From Candidatus Bathyarchaeia archaeon (GTDB lineage: Archaea > Thermoproteota > Bathyarchaeia > Bathyarchaeales > Bathycorpusculaceae): DNA of 64,000 bases. Below the pieces are notes generated by a model. It did not search any database. It was not told the origin of the DNA and saw only the letters and a program-made list of their open reading frames with translations. Made by a program: the position numbers and the translations under genes. The stretch spans positions 125,164 to 189,163 of the forward strand of contig JBEKTQ010000007.1 in the NCBI GenBank assembly GCA_049515895.1. Direction: 5' to 3'. Positions 59,274 to 64,000 of this stretch are shown here, one piece after another (the first letter of the stretch is position 1; each line of letters opens with the position of its first letter).

Positions 59274-59911
59274 AGTTGAAGCGCCAATCCTATCAGTTTT
59301 CTGTACAGATGGAGAAAGTAACGTAAATGAGGTTTGTATATGAAATCATCATAATATTCGACAGGAATTTCAACAATACTGTATCCTTTCTTTATTATTT
59401 TAGCTCTAATCTCGATTACTAGTGAAGAGTCAATGGCACTCAGGTTTAAATCCAATAATATATTTCTTCGTGCAACAATAAAAGAAGAAGTTAAATCAGT
59501 AATCGAACTATGAAACAAAAAGTTGAAAAAAGAGCTAAGAAATTTATTGGGTACTTGTTGTCTGGAACCAACTACCGCACCAATTTTATTGTCAGATTTT
59601 AAAACATTTACAAACCTCGGAATTTCAAAATTAGGGTAACTACAATAGGCGTTAGTAATAGCAATAAATTCTCCCGTTGCAATTTCAAGCCCTTCTCTGA
59701 AGGCTTGACCCCATCCTCCGTAACCTTTTTGAATTAAGACAGTTGCTCCTTCTTTCTCAGCAATTTCAGGCGTGCCATCCAAAGACCCACCATCTACAAC
59801 AATAATCTCCTTAATGTTAGTTATCCGCTTTAATTCTCTCAACGTAAGTGGAATATCCTTTTCTTCGTTAAAAGCTGGAATTATTACGGTAATATTATTT
59901 GATTCGTTCAT
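59264..59911 (-). CDS. Glycosyltransferase family 2 (DPM1-like), degenerate DxD
   Basis: IPAFNE, VVDGGS.DGT, VVGSR and EIPV motifs. Confidence 0.8.
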   Translation of the reverse strand: MNESNNITVIIPAFNEEKDIPLTLRELKRITNIKEIIVVDGGSLDGTPEIAEKEGATVLIQKGYGGWGQAFREGLEIATGEFIAITNAYCSYPNFEIPRFVNVLKSDNKIGAVVGSRQQVPNKFLSSFFNFLFHSSITDLTSSFIVARRNILLDLNLSAIDSSLVIEIRAKIIKKGYSIVEIPVEYYDDFIYKPHLRYFLHLYRKLIGLALQLWL

Positions 59912-60021
59912 GGATGGTTGGTCGATTCTATTTCCACGCTATGCAGATTTAAGACTTGTCTTCGTGAAAATTTTGAGAAAGAACAGAATAAATGATGTTT
60001 TTTTTGCTCGGACTAAAATAA

Positions 60022-60600
60022 TTATGGAGAAGTCGTTAATCGTACGGAGAAGTAAACTGTTGTTTGAGATTGATGAGGGCCGTTGGCTTCTAAGTCTCCA
60101 AAGAGCGTTACACTATGAGAACCATAAGATAATTTTGACAGAGTAACCGATCCAGTAACTACTCCAATAAAAGGATCTCCAGCATGAGCTTGGTTAATCA
60201 CTACAGGAAATGGAAGGTTTTCTTGCCCGTCTAAGCTGTAAGTCATAAGCAGTTCCACGTTAGTTCCCACTATAACTTGACCTGTGACGTTTAGACTTAC
60301 TGTGTCAGAGCTATACGTGGTGTTAGATGGGGAAGTTATGTCAAAGTTGCCTAATGGACCAAAAGATCCCCCTGCTGTTGATGGTGAAGCCTGAGTGGGA
60401 CTTCGAGAAGTCATGGTTGAAGTTGGAGCGGTTATGAGAGGTGTGGTAGGCGCTACAGAAGCTCTGGGTGAAGGTTGTTCATACTGGTATGAAGCACTGT
60501 CTGTCTCGTAGTAGGCTACCGCCAAGATAAAAGTTAACAAGGCCGCTGCGATGAGTGTTACTTCTGAAACTAAAGTTGCTGTTAAGCGCACTTTCCTCAT
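60022..60600 (-). CDS. Membrane-anchored protein with Ser/Thr/Pro linker and Ig-like domain
   Basis: N-terminal TM, ITSPSNTTY, YSLDG and L..GSHSVT motifs. Confidence 0.7.
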   Translation of the reverse strand: MRKVRLTATLVSEVTLIAAALLTFILAVAYYETDSASYQYEQPSPRASVAPTTPLITAPTSTMTSRSPTQASPSTAGGSFGPLGNFDITSPSNTTYSSDTVSLNVTGQVIVGTNVELLMTYSLDGQENLPFPVVINQAHAGDPFIGVVTGSVTLSKLSYGSHSVTLFGDLEANGPHQSQTTVYFSVRLTTSP

Positions 60601-60971
60601 ATTTCTCAATATGCTGCATTGTGTTAAGTTGCTTTTAGCTCTCCCTAAAGAACACAACGTTCCCCAAGAAGAACGGGATGCGCAAGCGTGCCAGCCAAAC
60701 CCTGATTTCTCGAAAGCAGAAAAAAGGATGTTTCATCTCTTTGTTACACTAGCACGCTGAGCGTGTGTAGACGCGCATGGATAACGTTTTATGAACTACT
60801 ACTACTCTCTCAAGCACTTAACAACAACTAGTAGTTTGTTTACCTATATCTTGAAATTAATTGGTCCACTTTTGCCAGTGCGTTTTTGCTCGTAATCTTG
60901 ATTTCTTTTGTTGCAATTTTTTTGAAAAAAGATAAGTACCGATAGCCCTATATATAATTGACCGACCCAAC

Positions 60972-61211
60972 ATGAATAAAAAAGGTCGGTCACGAACAAA
61001 CGAGAAATTTTTTGACGGAATTGCGAGAAAAATAGTTTGGGTTCTTTTCGCGTTCTTAGGATTTCTTAATTATTTTGCAACCTGTAGACCTTATCTTACG
61101 GCACAATATGGAAATTACGTCACAGGGTTCTTTGATGGCGTTGTAGCTATGGTAGCAATATGTGGAACGACGGTTTACATTTTATACTGCTATCTTGTTT
61201 CTCACCGTTAA
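60972..61211 (+). CDS. Small two-TM membrane protein
   Basis: Two hydrophobic segments; TATA-like TATATAA upstream. Confidence 0.5.
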   Translation: MNKKGRSRTNEKFFDGIARKIVWVLFAFLGFLNYFATCRPYLTAQYGNYVTGFFDGVVAMVAICGTTVYILYCYLVSHR

Positions 61212-61693
61212 CGTTGTTCCTGAATTGAGAAACGTTTCATTTTTCTATTTCTCCCTTCTATATGCTTACTCCGCCCGCTAAAGCTAATACCGGCTGTGAA
61301 AGCATACATCTAGAAACTTCTAACGCAGCACCTCTTTTTTCCTTACATTTTTCTTTAGCTTGCTTCGCATCCCTTGCAGCGAGCAAACCGCCGGGAAGAA
61401 TCGTGTGTATCCTATCCCTCTTTCCTTGTCCCTATGTCCCTTTCTATTCCTCTCATTGTGTGTGAGTGTACATGTGTATGTGATAGGTCGTGGTTGATGG
61501 AATGGTTGAAGGAGTGAGGGAGTGTTGGTTGGTTGGGTTAAAATTTAGTCCACCACCACACCGAAGACTTAAGGCATAGCCGAAAACAATGGAGGCATAA
61601 GCGTTCATACCTACTTTGTTTAGGGCTGAAGTCGCGATAAATTTCAGAAGGTACGGTCAAGAGGGTCATATTGGTAATTAATCTGCTTCATTT

Positions 61694-62578
61694 TTAATTT
61701 ATTACAACCGTTGCATAAGGTCCCAACTGATAAACTTGTCTTTCCCATAGAGGCACACTATTTCCATAAGAAACCAAATAATACAGAACAAAAGGTTCAT
61801 TCAGAATTTGCGGTTGCTGAGGATATACATTAGGATCACCAAATTGGAAAGTTATTGTTCCAGTTACACTTCCAGTGTCAAGCAGTATTGCTTGGCTTGG
61901 TAATTCTGAATCAAAGGAATAACTGCTCTGCATACCATAAAAGGAAGATATTGAACCATTATACAGTGAAGAAGGGGTAGAAATCAATGATGTATAATTA
62001 TTACCGTTTATTAGCACAGAAAATCCATTGCTTCCCACCACGTTAACTTGTGAGTAGCCATGATTAGTGATAGTTACATTCAACACAAGATATGTGTAGT
62101 TGTAATTAGAATCAAGTAGATTACCCACTGTACCATAAAACCACCCTACTGTCTGATAATCCACCTCAACATAAGATGTTGTTAATGCTGGCGTGGTGAT
62201 TGGTGCTGGTGTTATTGATGAAGTATTTGGTGTTTGGTTAGGTATTGAAGGATTTTTGGCTGCTTGCTGAATGAAAGGATATGCAATCCAGAGTATAAGA
62301 CCAACTATTATTAAAATGACAAAAATCCCAGCAATTTTCTTCCACGGTTTGGTCTTGGAATGTTGGGTTGCGTTAGGATAGCTCATCACTGATGGTTCAT
62401 TTGGTTCATTCAATTTTACCTCAGTCGGTCTCATATGAAACGGCGCTATCTTCGGCTTACTTTTGCAATTATGACTTTCAGGTAGATGATGTTCTGCACA
62501 GAAGTGCCCACCACAGTAGTTACACTCAAAAATAAGAGCATCTTTTTCCCCGCAGATTTCGCACTGAAACTGATTCAT
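61694..62578 (-). CDS. AN1-type zinc finger + TM + extracellular Ig-like (DUF4352-like) protein
   Basis: CEIC...CNYCGGHFCAEHHLPESHNC, TM helix, YLVLNVTITNHG segment. Confidence 0.8.
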   Translation of the reverse strand: MNQFQCEICGEKDALIFECNYCGGHFCAEHHLPESHNCKSKPKIAPFHMRPTEVKLNEPNEPSVMSYPNATQHSKTKPWKKIAGIFVILIIVGLILWIAYPFIQQAAKNPSIPNQTPNTSSITPAPITTPALTTSYVEVDYQTVGWFYGTVGNLLDSNYNYTYLVLNVTITNHGYSQVNVVGSNGFSVLINGNNYTSLISTPSSLYNGSISSFYGMQSSYSFDSELPSQAILLDTGSVTGTITFQFGDPNVYPQQPQILNEPFVLYYLVSYGNSVPLWERQVYQLGPYATVVIN

Positions 62579-62882
62579 TAGACATTTCCGAGTTTTATCT
62601 TTATCAAAATACTTATAGATTTTGTGAATTTATGCTGTACCTTGTTTGCTCTGTTTCCACTTTGCCATGTTTAGCCTATTTCTGCGGATCAGTCTGGGTT
62701 TCTCATTTTTTCTCAGACCTATTCTACACTGTGCAGATTTAAGGATTTGTAACTCCAACAAAATGAGCAAACAGAGTTAAGGAAGACCTACCGTTATTGA
62801 ACCCTGCGCTATGTTTGTTTGGAGCGCGCGCACAGGAGAGACTGACGGACATTGACAGACAGACTGGGAAACGCTCGTGGAG

Positions 62883-63548
62883 CTACTTCTGTGAATTTTG
62901 GATTAAGGCAATAGTTTCTTTTGCGTTTTCGAAAACAGGCTTTAGTGATTCATTTTCATAAGGAAACTGATAAACTGGCAGTCGTTGCAACAAGGGTATT
63001 ACTTTCTGGTCACCTATAATGCTTAGAGCTTTCAATACCCCATCAATTGCAGTTCTTCTATGTATGCCTCCACACACATTCTCTATTGTTGAGGAAACAT
63101 ACTGAGGTGATGCGTCATCAGAGTCATCAAAGAAGTAAGTGTCTGTGATATTCCACTTCTTAATTAATATCTTTGCGAAATCCGCCCAAAGTTTCAAAGA
63201 TTCAGCTTCTGCGCGTCGTGATTTTTCTAATGATTTTTGATGCTTCATCTTTTCTTTTGCCAAACCAGCGTCCCATTCCCTAATGTATATGTTTCTAAAA
63301 TTGCCTTCATCTTGCCGGGATTTCCCCTGTTTAACGCACCAATCTTTGTACAATTCAAAATACTTTATCATGTCATTTTCCTTATCAGCTTCGTCTTCAA
63401 GGTAAGCCGAGAGATATGGCACCGCCTTCTCGCTTAGTATTGATAGCTGTACAACCGCCAAATCTCTCGTGTCTGAGTATTCTCCATGAAGAACTTCAAT
63501 GAGTATGCCAACCAACTTCTTGACAGAATCTTCGTTTTTTCCAACCAT
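62883..63548 (-). CDS. HEAT-repeat-like hypothetical protein with helical insertion
   Basis: RDLAVVQL..L.EKAVPYL and KAL..IGD.KVIPLL HEAT-like motifs. Start taken at ATG 63548. Confidence 0.55.
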   Translation of the reverse strand: MVGKNEDSVKKLVGILIEVLHGEYSDTRDLAVVQLSILSEKAVPYLSAYLEDEADKENDMIKYFELYKDWCVKQGKSRQDEGNFRNIYIREWDAGLAKEKMKHQKSLEKSRRAEAESLKLWADFAKILIKKWNITDTYFFDDSDDASPQYVSSTIENVCGGIHRRTAIDGVLKALSIIGDQKVIPLLQRLPVYQFPYENESLKPVFENAKETIALIQNSQK

Positions 63549-64000
63549 GGTTGATTCCCTTAAGCAAGTATAGACAGTACAGATAATAAATTTACTGAAG
63601 CTTGCTTGTGACGGTGACTGGGACACGGAGAACAGTGACCGACACAAATTGAGACAAAGAGATAGACAGGTTTGCGTATGTTGTGTTGTGTCGTTGTGTC
63701 GTGTGGTATGGTGTCGTGTCGTTGTGGTTGTTGTTGTCGTTGTTGTGGATGTGTTGAGAGGGTATATGAGAAGGAGAGAGGCAGTTAGTTTATGAGTTTT
63801 AGGATGGGGGAAAAAGATTAAAATTTATCCACAAATAATACTGGTTTACAAATTTAGTTTAAACTTGCTAATGCACACGCAGGATGTATTCACGCTTGCA
63901 GGAAGTTTAGTAATCTTCATCATACGGAATTTGGTTGATTGTCTTTTTGACTTTTTCAAGTGTCATCTCAAACAGTCCTAGGCTTTTAGGAATCAGATAA

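Overview
Archaeal chromosomal window; gene content and the surface-protein types suggest Bathyarchaeia (inference). It is dominated by amino-acid biosynthesis: ilvB-ilvN-leuC-leuD-leuB-leuA-pheA (pheA cut by the left edge), a LysW-carrier cluster (lysW-lysX-like-lysY-lysZ-lysJ-lysK) with a divergent Lrp/LysM regulator, ACT regulator-thrC-hom-ask, and argG-argH-carA-carB. It also holds larBCE, a cooT-like gene, rpiA, several DNA-repair genes, PEF-tailed surface proteins, an arsenic island (tandem arsC, arsC remnant, ferredoxin, Cys-rich AbrB regulator, arsM, flavin reductase) and an AT-rich accessory right end that starts at a truncated surface-protein gene. No rRNA, tRNA, CRISPR or transposase was recognised. 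The most notable signals are three. (1) A 16-codon leader ORF ending in V-L-I-L, with alternative anti-RBS pairings, lies ahead of the ilv-leu operon: candidate archaeal attenuation. (2) A non-coding element made of 10-bp-phased tandem arrays plus a conserved tail occurs three times, and one copy directly abuts a double-AbrB gene. (3) A shared RTGAC-N6-GTYAY operator/promoter motif occurs at lysW, argG and leuC. Two apparently real genes also lack a canonical start codon and probably begin at ATA.
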